The notes under the pieces are model-generated. The model had not been told where the DNA came from. It was given only the letters and a program-made list of their open reading frames with translations, and ran no database searches. DNA of 50,660 nt, from NCBI GenBank assembly GCA_002308735.1, contig DBVA01000067.1, positions 1 through 50,660 on the forward strand. The letters are read 5' to 3'. This stretch comes from Opitutia bacterium UBA1276. GTDB lineage: Bacteria; Verrucomicrobiota; Verrucomicrobiia; Opitutales; Seribacteraceae. Of this stretch, positions 27,691-37,806 are shown piece by piece (position 1 is the stretch's first letter; every line of letters starts with the position of its first letter). A program made the position numbers and the translations under genes.

Positions 27691-28950
27691 CTAGTGCTCA
27701 TTTTTCACTGGCAACTGCCAGCAAGCTAACCATCGATCGTCACGCAGATAAACTTTGTCCCCTGAATAAGCCGGATGGGCCCAAGTCTCTCCCACAACTT
27801 GCTCACGCCAGTACTCACGATATTGCTCCCCGCTCAAATTCATAAAAACCAGTTCTCCCTCGGCATTGAGCGAGAGTGCATCTCCCTTTTTCTTGTTGGT
27901 CCAAACCAAGCTGGCATGAGGATTTCGGTTCGCTGCAGTTAGCCTATGCTGGTCTCGCCAAAGAATACTCCCTGTCCTCAACTCAAAAGCAGTCAAACCA
28001 TGACTTCGGTCCAGCAGGTAACAAATACCCTCTCGATACAAAGGTTGAGCCATCAACCCCCTCAAATCGTCCTCTTCGGACCATAGCAACTTTGCACCTC
28101 GATTCTTTTCAACCCGAATTGCCTTCGAACCATTCCAGTACCCGGAAACCAGAAGAATGCCATCTTCATAGATTGGTTTAGCAATGGAAACCCCATACTT
28201 CACTTGGTAGGGAAGACTCCAGAATTCTTCCCCCCCTCCAACCGGTAAACCCATAATTTTATTGGGCCCCCAGCAAATCATTTGCCTGATTCCCGATGCC
28301 TCAACCAAGAGTGGTGGAGAGTAGCCTGCCATGGAGTCGTTACCTGCTGCCCAATTCGTTTTTCCTGTTTTAGCATCCAAAGCTAAAATATTCCCGGTGT
28401 GTTTACTACCCACATGATAAAGGATTGATAAATCAAGAGGTTCGGGTGCAGCAGAAAAACCCCAAATAGGATTTTTTATTTTTAGCTCCTTCTTCAAATC
28501 TCTTTTCCAGATAAGAGTCCCTTTCAAAGCATCCAAACAATGAGCATATCCCATTGCCCCCAAGCAATAGGCTTTTCCCTGGTAAATGGTAACCGAAGAT
28601 CTCGGGCCTTTCCCATATCCAAGCTTTTCGTATTTGGACTGGTAAGAATATTCCCACTGAATCCTTCTCTTTTGTGCGTCGAAACAAAGTACCCGCTCCA
28701 CCTCTCCAAATTTCTCCTTCGGAGGACGATCCATTAAGTAAATCAATCCATTTCGAGTCGTGACCCCAGAATAGCCCGGGTGAACTGGGGTCTTCCATAT
28801 TATCTGAAGTCCGCCATCGGATAAGTCCTTAGTAATATTTGGACCCTGCCAAGTTCCATCCCCATTGGGTCCTCTCCATTTCCACCAACCTTCGCCATCC
28901 CCGAAGGCGGAGGTTCCAAAAACCATGAGATACCAAAAAAGAAGTCGCAT
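27691..28950 (-). CDS. PQQ-binding-like beta-propeller repeat protein
   Basis: Signal peptide, WWKWRGPNGDG, repeated LDAxTGxxxW blades and C-terminal WAHPAYSGDKVYLRD. Confidence 0.9.
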   Translation of the reverse strand: MRLLFWYLMVFGTSAFGDGEGWWKWRGPNGDGTWQGPNITKDLSDGGLQIIWKTPVHPGYSGVTTRNGLIYLMDRPPKEKFGEVERVLCFDAQKRRIQWEYSYQSKYEKLGYGKGPRSSVTIYQGKAYCLGAMGYAHCLDALKGTLIWKRDLKKELKIKNPIWGFSAAPEPLDLSILYHVGSKHTGNILALDAKTGKTNWAAGNDSMAGYSPPLLVEASGIRQMICWGPNKIMGLPVGGGEEFWSLPYQVKYGVSIAKPIYEDGILLVSGYWNGSKAIRVEKNRGAKLLWSEEDDLRGLMAQPLYREGICYLLDRSHGLTAFELRTGSILWRDQHRLTAANRNPHASLVWTNKKKGDALSLNAEGELVFMNLSGEQYREYWREQVVGETWAHPAYSGDKVYLRDDRWLACWQLPVKNEH

Positions 28951-28960
28951 GAGTAATTTG

Positions 28961-30442
28961 TTACCTATTTTGACCCGTCTGGAGAAAAAGATGCAACCGG
29001 GCCGCTAATTTTGGTCCGAAGCCCTCCACTTTCTTAATTTCTTCCACCCCTGCCTTTTTCATCTTCTCCAAGCTTCCAAAATACTTCAGTAAGGCTTCCC
29101 GGCGAACTTTACCAAGGCCAGTAAAGTCGTCCAGAATTGATTCCCTAATTCGTTTACTCCGCAAATCCGCATTGAATTGATTTGCAAACCGGTGGGCTTC
29201 ATCCCGGGCTCTTTGCAGCAGTCGTAAGGCAGGATCCCGAAAGTCTAGCTTCAACTCTCCGCGCTCATCTGGAAACACTATGGTCTCCTCCCGTTTGGCT
29301 AAGCCAATGATGGATGGAGGTACTACATCCATCAACAAGAAAGCTTTCAACGCAGCCCGAACTTGACCAATTCCTCCATCAATAACAACCAACTCGGGGA
29401 AGAGAGTACCCTCTTCATGCAACCTGCCATATCGGCGCCCCACCACTTCTTGCATCGCACGAAAATCATCATTTCCCTCAAAGGCACGAATCTTAAACCT
29501 ACGGTAGGCTCGCTTATCTGGTTTGCCCGACTGAAACCGCACCATGGAGGCAACCACAAAGGTTCCAGATACATGAGAGATATCGAAGCACTCAATGGAC
29601 TCTGGCACTCTTTCTAATTTCAGTATTTCCCCTAACCTGACCAATTCAGTACCATCCTTTTCATCCGCTTTGGGCCAGGTACGGGTAAATTTCCGGCTCT
29701 TTCCAATGGTTTTCGCCATTGCATCCGCAATATCACGTAAGTCCGCTGCCCTTTCAAAATCCATGGCCTCCGCACGCTTTAACATTTCTTCTCTCAACTC
29801 TGCTAACCAACTCTTTGCCCGCCCTTCCAGGAAAGAGCAGGCTTCTTCCACCCTTTTACTGTAATCATCCACCGTAGTCTCATTATGTCCGGCAAAGATT
29901 TCCGCCCGGGCATCATCATATAATTTATAGCGGCCTTCCTGAAGTTTTATTGGTTTTGCATCCGCGAGTAGAATTCCAAATTTTTTTCGCATTTCCGAAA
30001 GAGTCGATCGTAACATCCCGGCTTGAGCAAAGGGTCCGTAGTAATGGGCCCCATCTTCCTTTTTATTCCGGCAGAGCCGGAAACGGGGCATCTCATTTTG
30101 TAAATCTACCCGGACCAACAGAAATTGTTTATCGTCGGTAAAGTCGGTGTTGTACCTGGGTTTATATTCTTTGATTAATTTGCCTTCCAGCAGGAGGGCT
30201 TCGGTTTCGTTTTGCGTTTGGTGGGTGGTGATTTCACAGACCATTTCAACCATGGCCGCGATCTTAGGTTGCGCCCGGATAAATCGTCTTGAACCTTGAA
30301 AGTAACTGGTTACCCGCTTTTTTAAATTCTTGGCTTTGCCCACATAGATAACATGCCCTAAACGGTCTTTCATTAAATAGACTCCGGAAGTCTGGGGAAG
30401 ACCACGGGCCAATTTCCTCATTTCATTTATCTGATTTTGCAT
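28961..30442 (-). CDS. uvrC: Excinuclease ABC subunit C
   Basis: GIY-YIG motif GVYLMKD..IYVGKAKNLKKRV, UVR motif, ECFDISH, DGGIGQ, RDEAHRFA and HhH tail. Confidence 0.97.
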   Translation of the reverse strand: MQNQINEMRKLARGLPQTSGVYLMKDRLGHVIYVGKAKNLKKRVTSYFQGSRRFIRAQPKIAAMVEMVCEITTHQTQNETEALLLEGKLIKEYKPRYNTDFTDDKQFLLVRVDLQNEMPRFRLCRNKKEDGAHYYGPFAQAGMLRSTLSEMRKKFGILLADAKPIKLQEGRYKLYDDARAEIFAGHNETTVDDYSKRVEEACSFLEGRAKSWLAELREEMLKRAEAMDFERAADLRDIADAMAKTIGKSRKFTRTWPKADEKDGTELVRLGEILKLERVPESIECFDISHVSGTFVVASMVRFQSGKPDKRAYRRFKIRAFEGNDDFRAMQEVVGRRYGRLHEEGTLFPELVVIDGGIGQVRAALKAFLLMDVVPPSIIGLAKREETIVFPDERGELKLDFRDPALRLLQRARDEAHRFANQFNADLRSKRIRESILDDFTGLGKVRREALLKYFGSLEKMKKAGVEEIKKVEGFGPKLAARLHLFLQTGQNR

Positions 30443-30527
30443 TGGCAATTCCTATGACTCTTGCCTACTTTACAAATTGGTAAGTAATCAATACTCAAAA
30501 TAAACACAGCCTGAACAGATAACAAAC

Positions 30528-31826
30528 ATGAGTTCTCCCATACGAGTAGAAACCATAACCTTGGGAGATGAACTTCTCCTTGGAATTCGTGAAAATGCCC
30601 ATCTTACATATTTGGGTATTCAACTTGCCCATCACGGGATCGAACCGGCAGCCAATTTGGTTATTCGAGATAATCCAGATGACATACATTTATTTTTCTC
30701 TGAGAGTTGGAAACGATCGGATCTCATTATCACCACTGGAGGACTCGGTCCAACCACTGATGATCTAACCCGTGAATCGATCGCCAACGCCCTGGACGAA
30801 AAACTCGTCTTCGATGAATCCGTTGAGCAGGCGATCCAAGAACGTTTCAAGTCCCTTCACCGGGAAATGCCAGAGAACAACCTCAAGCAATGCTACCGAC
30901 CAGAAAATGCTGAGATCTTGTCCAACCCCTACGGCACCGCACCGGGACTCTTTCTCAAAAAAGATGGTAAAATTCTGGTGATGCTTCCAGGCCCAGCTCG
31001 TGAGATGCATCCAATGTTCGAAGACCAAGTAGTTCCCCGACTACAGAAAGAAGGTATTTTTCCAGAAATCGATTGCTACCTTCAAATTCGTACTGCAGGC
31101 ATTGGCGAGTCTGCCCTTGCAGAAATAGTCGAACCTTTACTTTACGGTGTCGATGGTTTGATCCTTGGATACTGTGCCCATGCGGGAATGGTCGACCTCC
31201 GGCTTAGCTCTCTTGATTCCGATATTTTATCCGAAGAAAAACTGCATCAATTAGCCGACCAATGTCGGGAAGCCCTGGGGGACGATTTCGTTTGCTTTGG
31301 CGACCGTACTTTGGCGGAAGTTATTTTTCGTGAACTTCGTGGCTTGAACAAGACCCTGGCCGTGGCTGAATCTTGCACCGGCGGACTGCTTTCTTCCCAA
31401 TTCACCGAAATTGCGGGAATCTCAAAAGTTTTCCACGGGGGTGCAGTTTGTTATCATAACGATGCCAAAGTACAAATGGTCGAAGTTCCCGAAAGTATGC
31501 TTGAACAACACGGTGCGGTTAGCGAAGAAGTTGCCATTGCCATGGCTACTGGTGCCTGCGAAAAATTCGGGGCTGATTATGGGCTCAGCGTGACCGGTTT
31601 TGCGGGCCCTGCTGGAGGAACTCAACTGCTCCCGGTTGGTTCGATTTACTTAGGTTATGCTTCTCCTGTTGGAGTCTGGGCAAACCAACTCCATCTCCGA
31701 GGTGACCGTGCATCCAATCGCAGGCGGGCAACCACCGCCGCTTTGGACTGGATGCGTCGAAAGCTTCGGAAGTATAAAATTGAAGAGGTCTTTGCAGCTG
31801 CAGAGTCTGGAAGTATTGAAGTGTAA
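30528..31826 (+). CDS. cinA: Competence/damage-inducible protein CinA (MoCF-like + NMN deamidase PncC)
   Basis: GDELLLG, TTGGLGPTTDDLT, GTAPG, AESCTGG, HGAVSEE and VTGFAGP. Confidence 0.95.
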   Translation: MSSPIRVETITLGDELLLGIRENAHLTYLGIQLAHHGIEPAANLVIRDNPDDIHLFFSESWKRSDLIITTGGLGPTTDDLTRESIANALDEKLVFDESVEQAIQERFKSLHREMPENNLKQCYRPENAEILSNPYGTAPGLFLKKDGKILVMLPGPAREMHPMFEDQVVPRLQKEGIFPEIDCYLQIRTAGIGESALAEIVEPLLYGVDGLILGYCAHAGMVDLRLSSLDSDILSEEKLHQLADQCREALGDDFVCFGDRTLAEVIFRELRGLNKTLAVAESCTGGLLSSQFTEIAGISKVFHGGAVCYHNDAKVQMVEVPESMLEQHGAVSEEVAIAMATGACEKFGADYGLSVTGFAGPAGGTQLLPVGSIYLGYASPVGVWANQLHLRGDRASNRRRATTAALDWMRRKLRKYKIEEVFAAAESGSIEV

Positions 31827-31869
31827 GTCCTTGCTTCCGAGTTCGTAATTTAGATTTTTATTAGGCCCC

Positions 31870-32970
31870 ATGTCTAAGGAATCCTTATTTACCGTTTTAG
31901 GCGATGATGATTATCTCGTTCGACAAAAAGCGAAAGAAATTTTCGACCAGCTATTGAACGAATTTCCGGACGATTTATCCCGTGAAATTATTGATGGCCG
32001 GGCCAATCGAGTCGATGATGTTGAACGCATTCTTAATGAGGCCCGATCGGCAGGGGAAACCCTTTCCCTCTTTGGCGGTGGGAAACTGGTCTGGATTAAC
32101 GAGGCTAACTTTCTTAATCAGACCAAGACGGGTGCTGCCCAAGGATCCAAGGAAGCACTTGAAAGTTTGAAGCCTTTTTTAAAGAACTTGGGTGAAACCA
32201 AGCTTATTTTCTCCGCCTGCCCAGTTCATCGTAGCCATGGATTTGTGAAGTGGTTGCAAAAGAATTCAGTCTACGAAGATGTCGCCAAGAATGAAAAGGA
32301 AGATGTCGCTTTTCGTAGGTTGGTACAAGAAACCGCCCAAGATTTCGGAGTTCGTTTTTCGAATGGTGCCCTCGAATATTTAGCCGGTAAAATCGGGGCT
32401 CATTCCCGTCTCGGGGTGGAAGAAACTAAAAAGCTTGCGTCCTATCTTGGAAAAGAGGGAGTGGAGATCACTGAGAAGATGGTGATCGATATGGTCCCTG
32501 ATTTTGGGGAAGGAGATTTCTTTGAGGCTTCAGAAGCATTTTTCTCAGGAAAGTTGGACTGGGCCATGGAGGCTATCGACCGTCATTTTTTTCAAGGTAA
32601 GGATGCCCGTCCTCTGCTGGCTACATTACAAAACCGAAACCGCTTGCTTATTCAGTTGCGGGTTTTGGTCGATGGCAAGGAATTGGATTCCAAGCAACGC
32701 CTTGGAAAGGATCAACTCGAACAAATGGGTAGAAAATACCAGGATCATTTCTCCGACCCATCTGAAAAGACCACCCTTAACCTTTTTTCACAAAATCCGT
32801 GGTTTTTAGGTCGTTTGCTTCCCCTGGTCCAGAAATTTTCTACCCGTCGTCTGATTGATCTGCAGTCTAATTTGATTACCGCTTTTGAACAGGTTCTGGG
32901 ACTACCTAAGGAACAGCACGCCACCATATTTAAAAACCTTGTCATCCGTACTCATTCGATCGGCCGATAA
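31870..32970 (+). CDS. holA: DNA polymerase III delta subunit
   Basis: GDDDYLV, TLSLFGGGKLV and ETKKLASY pattern; 366 aa. Confidence 0.85.
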   Translation: MSKESLFTVLGDDDYLVRQKAKEIFDQLLNEFPDDLSREIIDGRANRVDDVERILNEARSAGETLSLFGGGKLVWINEANFLNQTKTGAAQGSKEALESLKPFLKNLGETKLIFSACPVHRSHGFVKWLQKNSVYEDVAKNEKEDVAFRRLVQETAQDFGVRFSNGALEYLAGKIGAHSRLGVEETKKLASYLGKEGVEITEKMVIDMVPDFGEGDFFEASEAFFSGKLDWAMEAIDRHFFQGKDARPLLATLQNRNRLLIQLRVLVDGKELDSKQRLGKDQLEQMGRKYQDHFSDPSEKTTLNLFSQNPWFLGRLLPLVQKFSTRRLIDLQSNLITAFEQVLGLPKEQHATIFKNLVIRTHSIGR

Positions 32971-33138
32971 TAATCTTCAGTAAGATTGGTAACATTGGAA
33001 TCCAAAACTTCTTTTTGGATTTGAGTTTCAACCATACGGATCTTCGGCACAGACCGCTATAATGTGAATGATATTAAGGTAAAGTATTAAAGAAACTCAA
33101 CCTTGCTTCTTTTTTACTTTTTAATAAACAATTAAAAT

Positions 33139-33651
33139 ATGAAATTTCTTACCATTCTAGTCTTCATCATTCCCAGTTTCATTTATGCGGAAGATAAGGT
33201 CTCTCATTCAGATTTATCCAAAAAGCTCGACCTCATCCTGCAAAAAGTGGGGGGATTAGAAAAGAGAATCAGCCAAATTGAGTCCGATCATGCCAAGTTA
33301 AAGAAAGAACTCGAGCAGACCAAGAAAACGACCGAAAATTTTGCAATTCCGGAAGATGAAGAAGGAAAAAATTCATTTTTAAAAAAATTACGAATTGATT
33401 TAAAAAGTGAGGAAGCAAAATCCAAGGGACCCTGGACCAAGGCTGAAACTTGGAAATCAATGAAGCGCAACCTTACCGAACATAAGGTAAGAAAACTTTT
33501 AGGGAATCCAGATGATATCAGCATTTCTCAAAATCCAAGAATTGACCGCATCTACACCTACACAGGTGACATTGATGCGGATGGATTAGATGATGAGGCA
33601 GAGATCAACTTCTTCCGAGATCGAGTGGTATCCTATACCTCCCCTTTCTAA
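33139..33651 (+). CDS. Secreted coiled-coil protein with a SmpA/OmlA(BamE)-like C-terminal module
   Basis: Signal peptide, heptad region, then WKSMKRNLTEHKVRKLLGNPD...YTY. Confidence 0.65.
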   Translation: MKFLTILVFIIPSFIYAEDKVSHSDLSKKLDLILQKVGGLEKRISQIESDHAKLKKELEQTKKTTENFAIPEDEEGKNSFLKKLRIDLKSEEAKSKGPWTKAETWKSMKRNLTEHKVRKLLGNPDDISISQNPRIDRIYTYTGDIDADGLDDEAEINFFRDRVVSYTSPF

Positions 33652-33781
33652 AGATTTTAGAATAGAGCCTTTTTAGAATCTTTCGAGTTTAACCTTAGGG
33701 GCTATATCGGCTTGACTTTTGAGAATAATTCATCATTTTGATTAATAAGTTTATTTCTACCCCGTGGTGGAAATTTTGCTA

Positions 33782-33801
33782 AAACAAACAAACAAACAAA
33801 C
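33782..33801 (+). repeat. (AAAC)5 simple repeat directly upstream of the porin start codon
   Basis: AAACAAACAAACAAACAAAC-TACT-ATG; no Shine-Dalgarno sequence. Confidence 0.9.
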
Positions 33802-33805
33802 TACT

Positions 33806-34810
33806 ATGAAAAACAAAATATTGGCCTTATTGGCTTCTGTTGGGTTGGTAGCATCTGTACAAGCAGTTGATATCAACGAAAACTTAAAGATTCAGGGTTT
33901 CCTTGATTTCTCCTACACGAATACTGAAACGGACAACGGTGGTACATCCAGTGATGAACAGACTCTTGAAATGGACGAGGTCGAAATTGACTTCCTTTTC
34001 AATGTCGGTGATGTAAGCGGTGAAGTTCATATCGACAATGGTGATACTCCAGATGGTACTGACGCTTGGGATATCGAACAAGCCCATTTCACTTATTCCT
34101 TAGACAACGGTGTATCCTTTACCTTTGGAAATTATGGATCCAACCTTGGTTACGAGCGTGAAGATCCAGCTGGTCTATACACTTACAGTCGTGCGTACGG
34201 TGATGTTTCCACAACTGCAGATTCAAATGGAAATGTTGCTGCTAGAGCTTCTACCTTTAACTTAGGTGATGTCGATAGTAGTGATGTACATGGTGTCGCC
34301 ATCGGGTTTGCTGGTGATAATTATTCCGTGGTTGCTTCCTTTCACAATCCAACAGCCGACAGGAAACTGCACGAAAGTGATAATGCTGATCTCGAACTTG
34401 CTATTTCCTACACAGGGATTGAAAATATCAATCTTGGAGTTGGTTACTACTTCGACAATGAAGAAAATAACAACCTAGAAGAAGATGTTTTGAATTTTCA
34501 TGTTTCTACCACTGTAGGTAAATTTTTCATTGCTGGTGAATACACTGAAATCCAGACCGAGAATGTCGCAACTGGTGATTTAGACGCTTACTTGCTCTTA
34601 CTTGATTATGATTTTAATGATAGATTAGGTGCTGCCTTTCGTATCAGCAGTAACGAAACTAATATTGATAATGAGGATTATGACAAAATCACAATTGCTC
34701 CTAACTATGCTATCACCGACAGTTTAGGTGCTATCATTGAGTACAGTGATATTGATCAAGGTACCATCGATGTTAATGAATTAGCAATCGAGCTTACCTA
34801 CACTTTTTAA
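33806..34810 (+). CDS. Outer-membrane beta-barrel porin
   Basis: Signal MKNKILALLASVGLVASVQA, alternating beta-strand pattern, IEQAHFTY..TFGNY..LGYE and C-terminal ELTYTF beta-signal. Start at ATG 33806. Confidence 0.88.
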   Translation: MKNKILALLASVGLVASVQAVDINENLKIQGFLDFSYTNTETDNGGTSSDEQTLEMDEVEIDFLFNVGDVSGEVHIDNGDTPDGTDAWDIEQAHFTYSLDNGVSFTFGNYGSNLGYEREDPAGLYTYSRAYGDVSTTADSNGNVAARASTFNLGDVDSSDVHGVAIGFAGDNYSVVASFHNPTADRKLHESDNADLELAISYTGIENINLGVGYYFDNEENNNLEEDVLNFHVSTTVGKFFIAGEYTEIQTENVATGDLDAYLLLLDYDFNDRLGAAFRISSNETNIDNEDYDKITIAPNYAITDSLGAIIEYSDIDQGTIDVNELAIELTYTF

Positions 34811-34834
34811 GCCTAAGTCTTAAATAAAGTTTCC

Positions 34835-34868
34835 AAGGGTCGCCCTTATGCAGGGCGACCCTTTTTTT
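34835..34868 (+). terminator. Rho-independent terminator of the porin gene
   Basis: GGGTCGCCCT-TATGC-AGGGCGACCC followed by T7. Confidence 0.93.
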
Positions 34869-35142
34869 GGGTATCATCCAAGGATCAATCTAAAATCTTC
34901 AAACCTTATTAATTAGATATTTAATAGTTCGAGAAGCTTAATAAAATTATAATTTTTAATCCCTTGGTTGCGTCCAATTCAATGTCTGAAAAATAAAATG
35001 TAATATATCCCAAAAAAATTTGGGAACTGGGAGATCTATAGTTGATCAAGACTACAAATTAAATCAATAAAATCTATTGTATCTCTTTGCCAACTCGATA
35101 ATGTTTACTTAAACCATTGATCGTTAATTTTATATATCATTA

Positions 35143-35565
35143 ATGATAAATTTATCCGATGGCTACGCTCCACCCCCTGAATCCTCAAAATTTGATCCGG
35201 GTGATGTGATTCAACACCTTCGCTACGGTTATCGTGGCGTAATTGTTGATTTTGATCCTTCCTGCCAGGCACCGGATCACTGGTACCAATCCAATCAGAC
35301 CCAACCCGATCGGAATCAAGCGTGGTATCATGTATTAGTCGATGGCAATCAACATGTTACATATGTTGCTGAATCAAACCTAAACTACGATCAATCTGGA
35401 CTTCCGGTGGTGCACGGTATGCTCAACCTCTTTTTTTCTGGTTACAATGAAGAAGAAAATAAGTATCTGAGAAATGAGGTCCCTTGGAACCCGGGAAATC
35501 CACCGGATGCGCCACCACCTTCTCCCCCGCCTGACTTCGAGCCACCTCCACCTTCTAATTCCTGA
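35143..35565 (+). CDS. hspQ: Heat shock protein HspQ (YccV-like) with a proline-rich tail
   Basis: KFDPGDVIQHLRYGYRGVIVDFDP...QAWYHVLVD...TYVAESNL. Confidence 0.88.
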   Translation: MINLSDGYAPPPESSKFDPGDVIQHLRYGYRGVIVDFDPSCQAPDHWYQSNQTQPDRNQAWYHVLVDGNQHVTYVAESNLNYDQSGLPVVHGMLNLFFSGYNEEENKYLRNEVPWNPGNPPDAPPPSPPPDFEPPPPSNS

Positions 35566-35679
35566 TTTCCTGCGGGACCTTTCCAGCAAGGTGTTGGTGG
35601 AAGCAAGAAGGTTTAAAGAAAGGAATCACATTGGAATCATTTTATCCAGGCCCATGACAGGGCTACAGGATTAAAAAGA

Positions 35680-36816
35680 TCAATAGACATCCTTGAGGTA
35701 TCGTCTTTCCTTCTGCAAATTTTTCACCCAGGATCCCGCATCTTCATCACTGACTCCCCCTTCACTTTGGGCAATCGAACGAAGTGCTTGATCCACATCC
35801 TTTGCCATTCGGGAAGCATCCCCACAGACATAAAAGATGGCACCGTCATTCAACCAGCTCCATAACTCCCCTTTTTTCTCCAGCATTTTATGCTGAACAT
35901 AAACTTTTTCTGCCTGATCCCGGGACCAAGCAAGATCCAACTGATTCAAAATTCCATCCTTTTGATAGGCTTCCCATTCATCTCCATAGAGGTAATCCGT
36001 ATTTTTGCTACGATCCCCGAAGAAGAGCCAGTTCTTTCCAGATGAACCCTGAGCCTTACGCTCCTCAATAAATGCCCGGAAAGGAGCGATACCCGTACCA
36101 GGGCCAACCATAATAATCGGGGTGGAAGAGTCTTCCGGTAGTTTGAAATTCTTATTCGGATGAAAATAGCAGGGAATCGTGTCCCCAGCTCTTTCTGCTA
36201 AGTAAGAAGAGCAAACGCCTTTTCTTTTTCTTCCATTTCCCTCATAGCGAACCACAGCAACGGTAAGATGGACTTCTTCCGGATGAGCGGAGATGCTTGA
36301 GGCAATCGAATACAAACGAGGAGGCATCGGACGAAGAAGACCCACAAAATCTTGGGCACTCATTTCTGGTTGAGGGAATTCCAAGAAAAGATCCATCAAT
36401 TCCCTCCCCCACATGTATTCGACCAAGGCATCCTTATTTGCAAGTTCAAGCAAATTTGCCAGTTTTTCAGACTGGGCAAATTCATTAAACTTTTTTATCT
36501 GAATCTTACTCAAGACCGTACAAGCGAAACGATTTATCAAGGCAACTTTGAGCACCAGGCTTTTTTCCCCAAGCTCAATGGTCTCTTCCCCGCTTAATCC
36601 AACAGCACTGAGTAAATTATTCACCACCGACTCGCAATTGATTGGTAGAACCCCAAGAGAGTCTCCAGGTAGATAGTGAAGGTTGCTATCCTTTAAGGAC
36701 AATTCAAAATGTCGGGTCTCCTTATCGGAGCCTTCCGTCATCAAACGGTTGACTAGCAATTCGGAAGCGTAGGGATTTGCTTTACTGGGTTCATTCGGAT
36801 CAGCAGAAGTAGTCAT
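35680..36816 (-). CDS. CysJ-like NADPH flavoprotein reductase (FAD/NADPH domains only, no flavodoxin domain)
   Basis: PRLYSIASS, GVCSSYL, MVGPGTGIAPFR, YVCGDASRMAKDV and RYLKDVY. Start probably ATG 36816. Confidence 0.88.
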   Translation of the reverse strand: MTTSADPNEPSKANPYASELLVNRLMTEGSDKETRHFELSLKDSNLHYLPGDSLGVLPINCESVVNNLLSAVGLSGEETIELGEKSLVLKVALINRFACTVLSKIQIKKFNEFAQSEKLANLLELANKDALVEYMWGRELMDLFLEFPQPEMSAQDFVGLLRPMPPRLYSIASSISAHPEEVHLTVAVVRYEGNGRKRKGVCSSYLAERAGDTIPCYFHPNKNFKLPEDSSTPIIMVGPGTGIAPFRAFIEERKAQGSSGKNWLFFGDRSKNTDYLYGDEWEAYQKDGILNQLDLAWSRDQAEKVYVQHKMLEKKGELWSWLNDGAIFYVCGDASRMAKDVDQALRSIAQSEGGVSDEDAGSWVKNLQKERRYLKDVY

Positions 36817-36933
36817 AGGCAATCTAGGTTGAGGGATTCTTAGTTTTGACAAAACATTTTCAATAATCCAATCGAAATCGATAAATATTATCCAGTTGCT
36901 TCGCGATTCGCATCCGAATAATTATATTTGTCT

Positions 36934-37227
36934 ATGGATTGGTTCGATAAGTTAGGTAAGGATGAAAGCAAGCACTGGGAAGAATTGATGCTGTCATTTT
37001 CCTATGACCAAGAAGAATGGAATGATGCTAGAAAGCTTCTCTTGAAACTTTTAAGCAATGATAAAAAGCGAGCCGGTGAACCGGCCATTCGCTCTTACCT
37101 CTCTTGCTGTGCGGAATCTGCGGGTAATGTCCACCCACTACCAGCCCTAGCCTCTTTGGTTGAAGAATTATACCAGACCTATGGTATGGAAAACGCGGAA
37201 GAAGAGAACGGGGTCCTCGATTCTTAG
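36934..37227 (+). CDS. Hypothetical protein
   Basis: 97-aa ORF filling the gap, with a YLSCCAES motif. The stop overlaps the stop of the convergent gene. Confidence 0.65.
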   Translation: MDWFDKLGKDESKHWEELMLSFSYDQEEWNDARKLLLKLLSNDKKRAGEPAIRSYLSCCAESAGNVHPLPALASLVEELYQTYGMENAEEENGVLDS

Positions 37228-37766
37228 CTTACTTCGCCCTTTTGCTCGAGCTTTCGATGGGCTTCTTTAACCACAAGATATTTTTCCGCCCAACTCCGCA
37301 ACTTTGCCCGCTCTTCATCCTTCAGGGCTTTTTTAAACTTACCTGGAACCCCAGCAACCAATGAGCCCGGAGGGACTTCCATTCCGGCAGGCACTACCGT
37401 TCCTGCTGCAATAATAGACTGGGTCCCAATGCGGGCACCATCTAAGATCGTAGCTCCCATTCCGATCAGGCACTCATCTTCAATGGTGCAAGCATGTAAA
37501 ATAGCACCATGACCAATGGTGACGAAATTTCCTACGATTAATGGAAAATGATCCGATAGATGACCAATCACTCCATCCTGTACATTGCTGCTTTCTCCAA
37601 TGGATATGTAATTAATATCTCCTCTTAACACCGAACCGTACCAAATGCTTGAATCCTTACCTATTCTTACATCGCCCACAACTTTTGCGGAGCTAGATAC
37701 ATAGACCCCTTCCTCTAAGGATGGACTTTGGGAGAGAAATAATTTGAGCCGATCCTCAACTTTCAT
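37224..37766 (-). CDS. Gamma carbonic anhydrase family (YrdA/PaaY-like) hexapeptide-repeat protein
   Basis: IWYGSVLRGD, NVQDGVIGH and TIGHGAILHACTI (three His ligands). Confidence 0.93.
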   Translation of the reverse strand: MKVEDRLKLFLSQSPSLEEGVYVSSSAKVVGDVRIGKDSSIWYGSVLRGDINYISIGESSNVQDGVIGHLSDHFPLIVGNFVTIGHGAILHACTIEDECLIGMGATILDGARIGTQSIIAAGTVVPAGMEVPPGSLVAGVPGKFKKALKDEERAKLRSWAEKYLVVKEAHRKLEQKGEVS

Positions 37767-37806
37767 GAGAACTGACTAAAGTCTGAAAAAAACTAAGGAC
37801 TTGAAA

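Noticed and set aside
32972-33021. Two small hairpins after holA (AATCTT/AAGATT and AATCCAAAA/TTTTGGATT)
   Set aside because: The stems are AT-rich with no clear U-tract, so they are not supportable as terminators.
33719-33737. Fur-box-like TGAGAATAATTCATCA in the porin promoter
   Set aside because: The right half fits the 7-1-7 consensus only with a one-base insertion, which is too weak in AT-rich DNA.
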